DNA from: Bradymonadia bacterium
GTDB lineage: Bacteria; Myxococcota_A; Bradymonadia; UBA7976; UBA1532
Direction of reading: 5' to 3'
Length of the DNA stretch: 64,000 bases
NCBI GenBank assembly: GCA_046290225.1
Contig: JBKAGE010000051.1
Span: 12,636-76,635 of the forward strand
Below the pieces are notes generated by a model. The model was not told where the DNA came from. It saw only the letters and a list, made by a program, of their open reading frames with translations, and searched no databases. A program made the position numbers and the translations under genes. Numbering within the stretch: position 1 is the stretch's first letter; each line of letters opens with the position of its first letter. Positions 29,211 to 38,363 of the stretch are shown piece by piece.

Positions 29211-31106
29211 ATGAGGTTTACTTCAAACGCACAGGTTCGTCTTGGGCTGCTCACCAGCGCGATGTTGGGTGTACCTGCCCTGGCCAGCGCCGACATCCAC
29301 GAGACCGCCATCATCGAGGAGGGGGCCGTCGTGGCTCCAGATGCCGACATCGGGGCCCACGCCTATATCGCCGCAGGCGCTGTGATTCGTCCCGGTGCGT
29401 CAGTGGGTGTCCGCGCTCGGATCGAGTCAGGCGTCGTCATCGGCGAGCACAGCATGCTCGCCGACAATGTGCATGTTCAGAGCAGTGCGATGGTGGGGTA
29501 CGCCGCTCAAGTGGGCAGTGGCTCGGTCTTGGAAGAAGGCGTGATCTTCGATGATGGGGTGACCCTGGGCTCGGGCGTGCGTGTCGGTGCCTACAGCATG
29601 GTGAGTCATGGCGTTGTCATTGGCAGCAACACCGCCCTCGGCGATGGGGCCTGGTTGGGGGAAGGCGTCTACATCGGCCCCAACGTGAGAATGGGGGCGT
29701 GGGCGCTCCTCCAAAATGGCGCTTTCATCGAGACCTACAATCACGTGGGTGATCGGTTCACCCTCGGGCCTCAGGCACAGATGCGCTATGGGGCCACGGC
29801 AGGTCACAGCGTCACTGTGGGCGCCGAGAGCATCATCAAAGGGGCCCTCGCCGACTCTGTGTACGTGGGCCCATGGGCGAGGATCGGCAACCAGACCAAA
29901 GTGGGCCGAGGCGCGATCCTCGGCTCGGACGTGCGCACAGGCATCTTCGTCACCATCGAGCCTGGCGCCGCGCTCGGGTCGAGGGTGACGCTCGCCGAGA
30001 GCGTCACCGTAGGGCCGAACAGCGAGATCGGTGACGATTGCACGCTCGGCAGCAGCGCTCAGATCGGCGCGGGCACCCGCCTGGGCGAACTCTGTGAGAT
30101 CGGCAACTCGGTGCGGATCGCACCAGGCAGCCAGGTGGGCGCAGAGTGTACCTTCAAGTCTCGGAGTCGCATCGATGATGGTGCCCTCATCGGGGACAGG
30201 GTGATGATCCGGGAGCGCACACGTCTGGGTGCCGGGGTGATCATCGGCAACGACGTCGACGTCTACCCCGACTCCACCATCGGTGATGCCGCGACCCTCG
30301 CCAGCGGGATCATCCTCGGTGCAGCCAATTGTCGGACCCACACCTGTGGCCAGGTGAGGGTGGGGGCGTGCAGCGAGATCGACGAGAGCATGCCGCGGCG
30401 GTCGGCCACTGCCGACGAGTGCACCGACGGCAGCAGCCCGGAGCGTCCTGGGCGCACCTGCAAGATCCTGCTCGACGAGGGGGAAACCGAAGATGGCATG
30501 TACTGGCTGGATCCTGACGGTACAGGCCCCGTGGAGCCGTTCTCTGCCTGGTGCGACATGCACACCCATGGCGGTGGCTGGACCCGAGTCACGCCGCGCA
30601 TCGCTCGAGATGTCTTCTTGCAGGGCGCCATCCACAACAACACCTCCTGCAGCGTGGCGCAGTGGGCTGGGGATCACCTGCACTTTGGTGAGGTGGGCAA
30701 CTGCGAAGACGGCACAGATGTCGTCTACAACTTCGTACTGCCTTTCACCTATCGACAGTTCTACCTGGACGGGTTCATGGTGGCCGATGGGGACAATGAC
30801 GGCAGCTGGACGATGGGGTCGGTGAGTCACATCAACGACATCTCCTGGGGCCCTACCCCCAGCGGCCAGGGCTACGGTGACATCGCCTTCGGCACCATCG
30901 ACCAGGACACACCCACCACCAGTTTCGGTGCCGCAGGCTTCCCCGGTGACGCGCTGTGCCCTGGATGCACGGCGGCTTTTCCTGGCAATGCGCACATCTT
31001 TGAACTCGACGCCGAGAGCCAGAGCTTCGCCATCAAGGCCCATGCCCCGGCAGGATCCCACACCGATCTCTTCGTCTGGACGAAGGGGTACATTCTGTTC
31101 AGATAG
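29211..31106 (+). CDS. Secreted long left-handed beta-helix + fibrinogen-like head protein
   Basis: Signal peptide ending ALASA; about 365 aa of hexapeptides; GRTCK..GMYWLDPDG...WCDMHTHGGGW. Confidence 0.85.
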   Translation: MRFTSNAQVRLGLLTSAMLGVPALASADIHETAIIEEGAVVAPDADIGAHAYIAAGAVIRPGASVGVRARIESGVVIGEHSMLADNVHVQSSAMVGYAAQVGSGSVLEEGVIFDDGVTLGSGVRVGAYSMVSHGVVIGSNTALGDGAWLGEGVYIGPNVRMGAWALLQNGAFIETYNHVGDRFTLGPQAQMRYGATAGHSVTVGAESIIKGALADSVYVGPWARIGNQTKVGRGAILGSDVRTGIFVTIEPGAALGSRVTLAESVTVGPNSEIGDDCTLGSSAQIGAGTRLGELCEIGNSVRIAPGSQVGAECTFKSRSRIDDGALIGDRVMIRERTRLGAGVIIGNDVDVYPDSTIGDAATLASGIILGAANCRTHTCGQVRVGACSEIDESMPRRSATADECTDGSSPERPGRTCKILLDEGETEDGMYWLDPDGTGPVEPFSAWCDMHTHGGGWTRVTPRIARDVFLQGAIHNNTSCSVAQWAGDHLHFGEVGNCEDGTDVVYNFVLPFTYRQFYLDGFMVADGDNDGSWTMGSVSHINDISWGPTPSGQGYGDIAFGTIDQDTPTTSFGAAGFPGDALCPGCTAAFPGNAHIFELDAESQSFAIKAHAPAGSHTDLFVWTKGYILFR

Positions 31107-31249
31107 CTCATCGCAGTGTGAACAAAGCGTGAACACACGCTGAGCACTGCGTCAGATATATCGGGGTCGAAGTCATTCTTACTTGCAATGAACGTAGGTC
31201 GTATGTAAGAAACTGCACCCTTTTTGCACACATTGCTCACACTTGGTGT

Positions 31250-31270
31250 GTCAATCTGGTCAATCTGGTG
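31250..31270. promoter_or_regulatory. Possible operator: direct repeat GTCAATCTG x2 in an AT-rich intergenic region
   Basis: 9-bp direct repeat about 60 bp upstream of ATG 31329. Confidence 0.3.
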
Positions 31271-31328
31271 TGTTGCATGTGACTTCATCTGTGGGCAACC
31301 GGTCTGAGGGCCACACAGGAGTAGAACG

Positions 31329-32597
31329 ATGATCCCGACTTTCAAAACCTGGCTGGCCTCTGGCGTCTTCATGGGCACTGTCCTGGCGAGCTCTGCTGCC
31401 TTCGCTGTGTGCACCGGTGGTCCCGATGTCGACGGCGATGGTGTGTGTGACGGCGTCGACAACTGCTTGACCGTGGCCAACGCCGATCAGCTCGACGCCA
31501 ACGGTGACGGCTACGGCGACGCTTGCATCAGCCCTTCGGCCACCATCGCATCCACCGCTGTCATCGCCCCTGGGGCCATCATCGGTCCCATGGTCAACAT
31601 CGGCCCCCACGTGCGCATCGGCGCCGGCACCGAGATCGGCCCCCGGGTGTCCATCGGCATCCGCTCCGAGATCGGCGAGAACGTGGAGATCCTCGCTGAT
31701 GCCTACCTCGGCGACGGGGTGCGCCTCGGCGACGATGTCTTCGTGGGCCTCAACACCAGCATCGAGTGTGGCAGCCTCATCGGCGCCCGCACCCGCATCG
31801 GCGACGACGTCGACATCGGCGGCAACGTCGTCTTCGGAGACGACTCCAAGGTGCTGCCCCGTGCGGTCGTGGGCAGCAACGGCCGATACGGCGCTGAGAC
31901 CTGGGTCGAGTTCGACGCCATGCTCGCCCGCAACGCCTGGGCTGGCGATCGTGCCTACTTTGGCGCAGGCGCACGGCTGGGCGATTACAACCGGGTCGGT
32001 GACGACTTCTTCCTCGGCGATCGGGCTGAGCTGCGTTATGGCGCCTCCGCCGGCAACAACGTCAGCATCGGCGCCGACAGCCTCGTCAAGGGCACCATTG
32101 GCCATGACGTCACCATCGGCGAGTCCGCCAACATCGCCAGCCGCACCGTCATCGGTGACGGCAGCACCCTGGGCCGCAACATCGACCTGGGCCATCGCGC
32201 CACGATCGGTGCCGGCAGCACTGTGGGCTCTGGCAGCACCTTCGGGGAGCGCAGCGCCCTCGGTGCCGACAGCGAGGTGGGTGTGCGGACCGAGGTGGGC
32301 TACCTCGCCACCATCGGTGAGAACGCCGACATCGGTAACGACAACACCTTCGCCAAGCAGGTCGAGGTCGGTGATGACGCCACGATCGGTGAGGCTGGCA
32401 TGTTCCACCGGCGGGCCACCATCGGTGACGGTGTGCGCTTCGGCAACCGCGTCGAGGTGATGCGCGAGGCCTTCGTCGGCGACGAGGTACGCCTCACAAA
32501 CGATGTGGAGATCGGGAGCCGAGCGGCTGTTGGTGGCTGCAACACGCTCAACATGAACGTGCCTGCACACGCCAACGTCAACAACATCTGCCCCTGA
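31329..32597 (+). CDS. Secreted TSP3 + long left-handed beta-helix protein without a head domain
   Basis: Signal peptide ending SAAFA; DVDGDGVCDGVDNC..DGYGDAC; about 350 aa of hexapeptides; ends in a Cys-containing cap. Confidence 0.85.
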   Translation: MIPTFKTWLASGVFMGTVLASSAAFAVCTGGPDVDGDGVCDGVDNCLTVANADQLDANGDGYGDACISPSATIASTAVIAPGAIIGPMVNIGPHVRIGAGTEIGPRVSIGIRSEIGENVEILADAYLGDGVRLGDDVFVGLNTSIECGSLIGARTRIGDDVDIGGNVVFGDDSKVLPRAVVGSNGRYGAETWVEFDAMLARNAWAGDRAYFGAGARLGDYNRVGDDFFLGDRAELRYGASAGNNVSIGADSLVKGTIGHDVTIGESANIASRTVIGDGSTLGRNIDLGHRATIGAGSTVGSGSTFGERSALGADSEVGVRTEVGYLATIGENADIGNDNTFAKQVEVGDDATIGEAGMFHRRATIGDGVRFGNRVEVMREAFVGDEVRLTNDVEIGSRAAVGGCNTLNMNVPAHANVNNICP

Positions 32598-32609
32598 TGC
32601 TCGAACACA

Positions 32610-32673
32610 CTGAGCCTCAGGTCCACTGAGCCACAGTGTCCCTGAGCTACAGTGTCCCTGAGCCACAGTGCCC
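32610..32673. repeat. 16-bp tandem repeat x4 (CTGAGCCACAGTGTCC consensus)
   Basis: Units at 32610, 32626, 32642 and 32658. Confidence 0.85.
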
Positions 32674-32740
32674 CCCTTGCCAACGGCCTGTCGATCAGAC
32701 TCAATCATCGCATGTCCGCGATGATGAACAGGCCGATCAG

Positions 32741-33667
32741 ATGACCACCCTCCGACAGCCCCAGCTCATCGCCGAAGCGAGCGACATGGAGACATCCACC
32801 GCCCGCCTCGACGAGCTCGCCTCAGAGCAGTTTCTCGCCGTCAAACGCCGCGTGGCGAGTCACCCCAATGCCTCTGCGGAGGCGTTGGTGGCGGTGTTCA
32901 ACGCCGCACCGGACGAGGTGCTACAAAACCCCGCCTGGATGCTGCACCTCATCGCTGATCCGAGCCTCTATGATCAGCTCAAAGCCGAAGATCTGGTGAA
33001 GATCGCCAACTGGCATCGTTGCCCGGCCACCTTCGTACGGTGGGCCTGTCGCAGAGGCGACGATGTCGTGCTCTGGCGCTTGGTGCTCAACCCGCACCTC
33101 GATGGCGAGCAGCGGGCCCGAGCTGCGTGTCATTTGTCTGATGAGCAAGGTGACACCCTCGGCGAGATCCATCTCTCTGGCTTGGTCCCTGTTGCTCTGA
33201 GCTGGCTCTGGCGTCTGGTGAAGGAGACCGAGCCCGCGCCGACCGCTGACGACCTCAAAGCGTTGATCGCGTGGGGTCCGTTGGGCATTCGCCGCGTGCT
33301 CGCGTGGTCCGAGACGCCCTCGTCGGTGCTCGAGGTGCTCGCACATCACCCGTTGGAGTCGATCCGCCTGCAGGTGGTGGCGCATGCACAGGCAGACGAG
33401 CCGGTGCTCACCGCCCTCGCCTCGGACACTCTAGATTCTGTACGCAAAGCGGCAGGGAAGGCGTTGAAAGCGCTCAAGCCTGCGCGAAAGGGCCCGGTGA
33501 AGCCCAGGAAGCCTGCGCCGACGAAGAAGAAAACTGTGAGTCAGAGCGCGGAGAAGGGCCAGACCACTACGCCGATGTCCGAGGCGCCACCAGAAGACGA
33601 GGCCCCCGCTCCACGGCGTCGATCCTTCGGTCTGCTCAGCCCTCGCCGGAGTCGGTCAGACGACTGA
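32741..33667 (+). CDS. Helical-repeat protein (leucine-rich-repeat variant / HEAT-like)
   Basis: VKRRVASHPN, LVLNP, LEVLAHHP..IRLQVVAH, LASD..VRKAA; basic disordered tail. Confidence 0.6.
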   Translation: MTTLRQPQLIAEASDMETSTARLDELASEQFLAVKRRVASHPNASAEALVAVFNAAPDEVLQNPAWMLHLIADPSLYDQLKAEDLVKIANWHRCPATFVRWACRRGDDVVLWRLVLNPHLDGEQRARAACHLSDEQGDTLGEIHLSGLVPVALSWLWRLVKETEPAPTADDLKALIAWGPLGIRRVLAWSETPSSVLEVLAHHPLESIRLQVVAHAQADEPVLTALASDTLDSVRKAAGKALKALKPARKGPVKPRKPAPTKKKTVSQSAEKGQTTTPMSEAPPEDEAPAPRRRSFGLLSPRRSRSDD

Positions 33668-33693
33668 TCGCAGAGCACGATGAGCGCCTCGGC

Positions 33694-35214
33694 TCACTCT
33701 TCTTCAGGGGTGTCGCTGAAGCTGTAGAAGTAGCCGTCGCGGGTGCCCACGACGATGCGGCCCTTCCAGATGGCGGGGGTGCTCTCCACACAAGCACCCG
33801 AAGGCACCTTGCCCTCGCCGATGAGGCTCGGCGTCGTGGGATCGAAGACGTCGTAGATGCGCAGCTTGCCGTTGCAGGTCCCCACCACGAGGCGACCGTC
33901 CACCACCGCCGGTGACGACCAGGCGTGCCAGCCCACGGTGTCCTTCCAGAGGGTGTCGCCGGTCATCTGATCGAGGGCCAGCAACTGACCATCGTGGGTG
34001 GGCACGTAGAGCACGCCCTCGCCGAGGGCCGGGGTGGCCCAGACGCCGCCCGTGCCATCGCTCGAGGTGGGCAGGTGCACCGACCACACGATGGGATCCC
34101 CCTCGGCGTAGGGGTTCAGTTTGATGATTTGGCCCACCTCGTCGGCGCGATCGAGGAACCGCTCTTTCTCCACAGAGACATAGAGCATGCCCTCTTCGTC
34201 GATGACGATGCTGGCGTCGACGTCGTCACCGGCCCAGAAGTCGAAGGCGATGGGGGCCTTGAGATCGGGCAAGGCCTCGCCTTCTTTGAGGGCCGAGATG
34301 TCGAGGCCCATCACGCGGCCACCGCTGTTGGCGAAGTAGACGCGGTTGTTGAAGATGGCCGCCGAGCTCTCGATGCTCACGGTGTTGTCGCCGATGTCGT
34401 CGATGAGCTGGCTGGTCCAGCCCTTCTGGGCGATGAGTGGCTCGGGGTTCACGGTGACCTTGCCGTCTTCACCGATGGCCCGGTTGAGCTTGTAGGCGAA
34501 GAACCAGCTGTTCTCGCCGCCCTCGAAGAGCACGTCGCCGACGATGGACGGGTTCCCGTCCCAGTCGTTGTTCCACATGATGGGACTGACGCTGTAGGCG
34601 TCGAGGTGCCACAGCTCTGTGGGCTCGTCGCGATCGAGGGCCACCACGCGGAGCTTGTTGTCCCTGGATCCGAAGTAGAGCAGGGGGAACCCGTCGGGGT
34701 CGAGGCTCACCGAGCCCTTGATGATGTCGCCGGTCTTGAACTTGGGCCGAGTGGCGAGGCCGGTGTCGGCGTCGACGAAGTGCACCGACTTGTCGTAGGC
34801 CCCGAAGATGATCTCGGTGACGCCATCGGGGCGCTCCCAGACCACGGGCTGGCCGGTCCAACCGGTGCCACACCACGTTTTGTCGCGACCACCGACGCGC
34901 GAGGTGCCGCACATGGCCTCGCTGGGATAGCGCCACTCCACCTCGGGGGCCGAAGGCACCGGGCCCTCGCCGTAGTACGTGTGGGTGGGGTTGCCCCGGA
35001 ACTGCAGCAGCCCGGTGACGCCGTTGCCCCATGATTTGCCGATATACTCTGCCGGATCACGCCAGTCGTTCACCCCGTCGCCCTTGCCGCCGATCTCGTT
35101 CGACGCGCCAGGCACTGCGGCTTCACCGCCAGGTTGCTCGACAGGATCGGCAACGTCTTCTCCGCCACAGGCGGCGAGGGTCAGAGAGAGCAAGAGCAGT
35201 GGTGTGCGCTTCAT
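33694..35214 (-). CDS. PQQ-like beta-propeller lipoprotein
   Basis: Start MKRTPLLLLSLTLAAC; GKGDG; FRGNPTHTYYG; repeated SSPAV/STPAI and W-docking motifs. Confidence 0.85.
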   Translation of the reverse strand: MKRTPLLLLSLTLAACGGEDVADPVEQPGGEAAVPGASNEIGGKGDGVNDWRDPAEYIGKSWGNGVTGLLQFRGNPTHTYYGEGPVPSAPEVEWRYPSEAMCGTSRVGGRDKTWCGTGWTGQPVVWERPDGVTEIIFGAYDKSVHFVDADTGLATRPKFKTGDIIKGSVSLDPDGFPLLYFGSRDNKLRVVALDRDEPTELWHLDAYSVSPIMWNNDWDGNPSIVGDVLFEGGENSWFFAYKLNRAIGEDGKVTVNPEPLIAQKGWTSQLIDDIGDNTVSIESSAAIFNNRVYFANSGGRVMGLDISALKEGEALPDLKAPIAFDFWAGDDVDASIVIDEEGMLYVSVEKERFLDRADEVGQIIKLNPYAEGDPIVWSVHLPTSSDGTGGVWATPALGEGVLYVPTHDGQLLALDQMTGDTLWKDTVGWHAWSSPAVVDGRLVVGTCNGKLRIYDVFDPTTPSLIGEGKVPSGACVESTPAIWKGRIVVGTRDGYFYSFSDTPEEE

Positions 35215-35379
35215 GTGAGATCCTCTGATACGGGGTCGCCTGATTGAATTAGCAACAGTGATGCCAGCTTCGTACTCTTGACGAAACCCGAATTCACCAC
35301 ACTCTAGGTGTCTGATTGATGGTCTCCTGGAGACCTCAGACCACACGTCGATGGCCGATGGATCGGCCACTGGATGCAC

Positions 35380-36135
35380 ATGAGCAACCGACTCGTCACC
35401 ATTGGATTCAGCCACTACTGCGAGAAGGCCCGCTGGGCTCTGGAGTGGGCGGGGGTGCCCTTCACCGAGGAGCCCCACTGCCCGTTGATGCAGCGCCGAG
35501 CGGCTCGAAAGGCAGGTGGCAAGGGCACGGTGCCCGCTCTGATCACCGCAGGCGAGGCCTTTGGTGAATCCGCAGACATCGTGCGCTATGCCGACCAGCA
35601 GGCGCCGGAAGATCGCCGCCTCTACACCGGAGAGCCCGAGTTCGATGAAGAGATCGACCGCTGGATGGCCACCCTCGATGAGCCTTTCGGCGTGGACACC
35701 CGACGCATCGTCTATGCCCACATGGGGGGCAAGGCGCATCGCAAGACTCTGGTTGGCCTCGCCACCCGGGGCGTGCCCGCCTTCGAGCGCGCTGTGTTCC
35801 CGTGGACGGCGGGCGTGGGCATGCGCTACGTGCGTCGCTACTACGACATCACCGAGGCCACGGTAGAATTGTCGTACCAACGGGTCGACGAGATCTTCGA
35901 TCGGGTAGAAGAGCGCTTGGAGCTCGGCGATTTTCTGGTGGGTGATCACTTCACCGCCGCTGATCTGACCTTTGCGGCCCTCGGCGCGCCGGCGGTGCTC
36001 CCAGAGCAATATGGCGTACCGCTCCCACCTCCGTCGGAGATTCCGGAAGCCTATATGGCCTGGGTAGAGCGCAGCCGCGCTCGGCCAGCAGGGCAGTTCA
36101 TCCTCGATGTGTATCGGGAGTTCCGGAAGGGATGA
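35380..36135 (+). CDS. Glutathione S-transferase family protein
   Basis: SHYCEKARWAL, TVPAL, ESADI, FTAADLTFA. Confidence 0.9.
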   Translation: MSNRLVTIGFSHYCEKARWALEWAGVPFTEEPHCPLMQRRAARKAGGKGTVPALITAGEAFGESADIVRYADQQAPEDRRLYTGEPEFDEEIDRWMATLDEPFGVDTRRIVYAHMGGKAHRKTLVGLATRGVPAFERAVFPWTAGVGMRYVRRYYDITEATVELSYQRVDEIFDRVEERLELGDFLVGDHFTAADLTFAALGAPAVLPEQYGVPLPPPSEIPEAYMAWVERSRARPAGQFILDVYREFRKG

Positions 36136-36142
36136 GCGCGGC

Positions 36143-37432
36143 TCAGGCGTTCTCGGTGCCTGCCACGGCCAAAGTGATCAGCTCATCTCGAGCGGGGCCC
36201 ACCGAGATGTACTTGATGGGCACCCCGGCGAGGGCCTCGAGGCGCCGCAGATAGTTCTGAGCCGCCTCGGGCAGCTCGGCCCAGGTGCGGGCATCGCGGG
36301 TGGGGGTCTTCCAACCGGGGAGCGTCTCGTAGACGGGGGTGACCTCTTCATACACTGGGGTGTCGGGCACGTAGTCGAGGGTGACACCATTGTGCATATA
36401 GCCCACACACACCTTGATCTCATCGAAGCCGTCGAGCACGTCGAGCTTGGTCAGAGCCAGCGCCGTGAAGCCATTGAGCCAGGCAGAATGCTGCACCGAC
36501 ACGGCATCGAACCAGCCACAGCGCCTGGGGCGTCCGGTGGTGGCGCCGAACTCGTCGCCCACCGTGCGCAGCTGCTCGCCATCGGCGTCGAACAGCTCGC
36601 AAGGGAACGGGCCAGCGCCCACTGACGTGCTGTAGGCCTTCACCACCCCGACGACCTCGTCGATGGCCGTGGGCGGCATGCCGGCGCCGGCGCAGGCAGC
36701 GCCCACCATGGGGTTGGAGCTGGTGACGTAGGGGTAGGTGCCCCAATCGAGATCCCGCATCACCCCGAGCTGGCCTTCGAGCAACACCTGCTGACCTCCG
36801 CGGACCGCCTGCTGTACGAGAGGCAGGGTATCGACGATGCGGTGCCCGATCTGCTCGGCCCAGCCCATGGCCTGGGTATAGAGCGCGTCGAAGTCGAGGG
36901 GCGGCTCGCCGAAGAAGGCCATGTGCCGGTTCTTCAGCTCTACGAGGGCGCTGAGCCGCGGGCGGAAGTGCTCAGGGTGCTTGAGATCGCCGAGGCGCAC
37001 ACCGTGGCGGGCGGCTTTGTCGGCGTAGGCGGGCCCGATGCCCCGCTTGGTGGTGCCGATGGCCTTGCCGCTTCGGGCGGCCTCTTGAAGGCCATCGAGC
37101 TGACGGTGAAATGGGAACACGATGTGCGCCCGGGCTTCGAGGAGCAGGTTGCCTGTGTCGACCCCCGCCTCTTCGATGATCCGGAGCTCTTCGAGCAGGT
37201 TCTCGGGGTTGACCACAGTGCCCGCGCCCACGATGCACTGCGTGTTGGGGTTGAAGATGCCCGAGGGCACCATGTGCAAGAAGAACTTTCCGTAATCATT
37301 GACCACTGTGTGGCCCGCGTTGTCGCCCCCCTGAAACCGAATGACCAGATCAGCTCGCTGGGCGAGGTAATCCACCACCCGCCCTTTGCCTTCGTCGCCC
37401 CACTGGGCGCCGACCACCGCACAGACCGCCAT
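36143..37432 (-). CDS. purA: Adenylosuccinate synthetase
   Basis: [47 protein letters not shown]. Confidence 0.97.
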   Translation of the reverse strand: MAVCAVVGAQWGDEGKGRVVDYLAQRADLVIRFQGGDNAGHTVVNDYGKFFLHMVPSGIFNPNTQCIVGAGTVVNPENLLEELRIIEEAGVDTGNLLLEARAHIVFPFHRQLDGLQEAARSGKAIGTTKRGIGPAYADKAARHGVRLGDLKHPEHFRPRLSALVELKNRHMAFFGEPPLDFDALYTQAMGWAEQIGHRIVDTLPLVQQAVRGGQQVLLEGQLGVMRDLDWGTYPYVTSSNPMVGAACAGAGMPPTAIDEVVGVVKAYSTSVGAGPFPCELFDADGEQLRTVGDEFGATTGRPRRCGWFDAVSVQHSAWLNGFTALALTKLDVLDGFDEIKVCVGYMHNGVTLDYVPDTPVYEEVTPVYETLPGWKTPTRDARTWAELPEAAQNYLRRLEALAGVPIKYISVGPARDELITLAVAGTENA

Positions 37433-37481
37433 CACGCTCTCCTTTGGTTAGATCGTGGCGTGCCTTCGAGTTGAGCGCTTG

Positions 37482-38279
37482 TCAGCAGCTCGCGCTGTAG
37501 CGCACACCGCGTTCGAACAGGGTCAATCCCAGGCCCCCGAGGGCCCCGTGGGGGGCTTGCTCGGGGCGGATATGATCTTCAGGGTGGGGCATCAAACCCA
37601 GCACTGTGCCCTGGGGGTTGCAGATGCCAGCGACATCGCCCACCGATCCGTTGGGGTTCGCGGGATAGCCCGCAGGGCCCGCGTTGTTCACGTCGACGTA
37701 GCGCAAGGCCACCTGGCCCCCGGCTTCGAGGGCGGCGAAGGTGTCCTCGCTCTCGGTGAGGAACCGCCCCTCGCCATGGGCGACCGGGCAGAAGATGGGC
37801 TCGGTGAGCCCCTCGGTGAACACGCATGGGCTGTTGACCTCGGGGGCCAGGTGCACCCACCGGCACTCGAAGTGACCACCAAGGTTGCGGGTGAGGGTGG
37901 TGGTCCGTGGACCGATGCCCGGAGTGGCGCCGGATACGCCGGGCAGAAGTCCGGCCTTCACCAGGGTCTGGAACCCGTTGCAGATGCCGATGATGGGGCG
38001 CCCGCTGGCGACGAAGCCCTGCAGCGCCTCAGCGAGGCCGTGGCGGAGCATGGTGGCCCACAAAGCACCGGCGCCGAGGTCATCGCCGTAGGAGAAGCCC
38101 CCAGGCAGCACCAGCATGCGGTAGTCATCGAGGCGCCGTTCACCCGCCCTTAACTGGTTCACGTGCACGATCTCCGGGGCGCCGCCGGCGAGCTCACAGG
38201 CCCAGGCGACGTCGCGATCACGGTTGGTGCCGTTGGCGTGCAGGATGATGATCGGGGGGGTGTTCGCGGACGCAGGCAT
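37482..38279 (-). CDS. purQ: FGAM synthase glutaminase subunit
   Basis: PGGFSYGD, GICNGFQ, AHGEG, NPNGS, MPHPE. Confidence 0.93.
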   Translation of the reverse strand: MPASANTPPIIILHANGTNRDRDVAWACELAGGAPEIVHVNQLRAGERRLDDYRMLVLPGGFSYGDDLGAGALWATMLRHGLAEALQGFVASGRPIIGICNGFQTLVKAGLLPGVSGATPGIGPRTTTLTRNLGGHFECRWVHLAPEVNSPCVFTEGLTEPIFCPVAHGEGRFLTESEDTFAALEAGGQVALRYVDVNNAGPAGYPANPNGSVGDVAGICNPQGTVLGLMPHPEDHIRPEQAPHGALGGLGLTLFERGVRYSASC

Positions 38280-38363
38280 GTCGGGTGCTCCCGAGGTGGG
38301 TGGTCCGGCGTCGGAAGGTAGGTGCCCTGGTCTGAAAAGGCAAGTGAAGCGTGGCCTGTCTCT

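Noticed and set aside
14714..31106. Diversity-generating retroelement acting on the variable heads
   Set aside because: No reverse transcriptase and no template/variable repeat pair were seen.
14714..32597. LpxD/acetyltransferase annotation for the hexapeptide proteins
   Set aside because: Signal peptides, Cys-rich caps, TSP3 and fibrinogen modules and the extreme repeat length are inconsistent with cytoplasmic acyltransferases.
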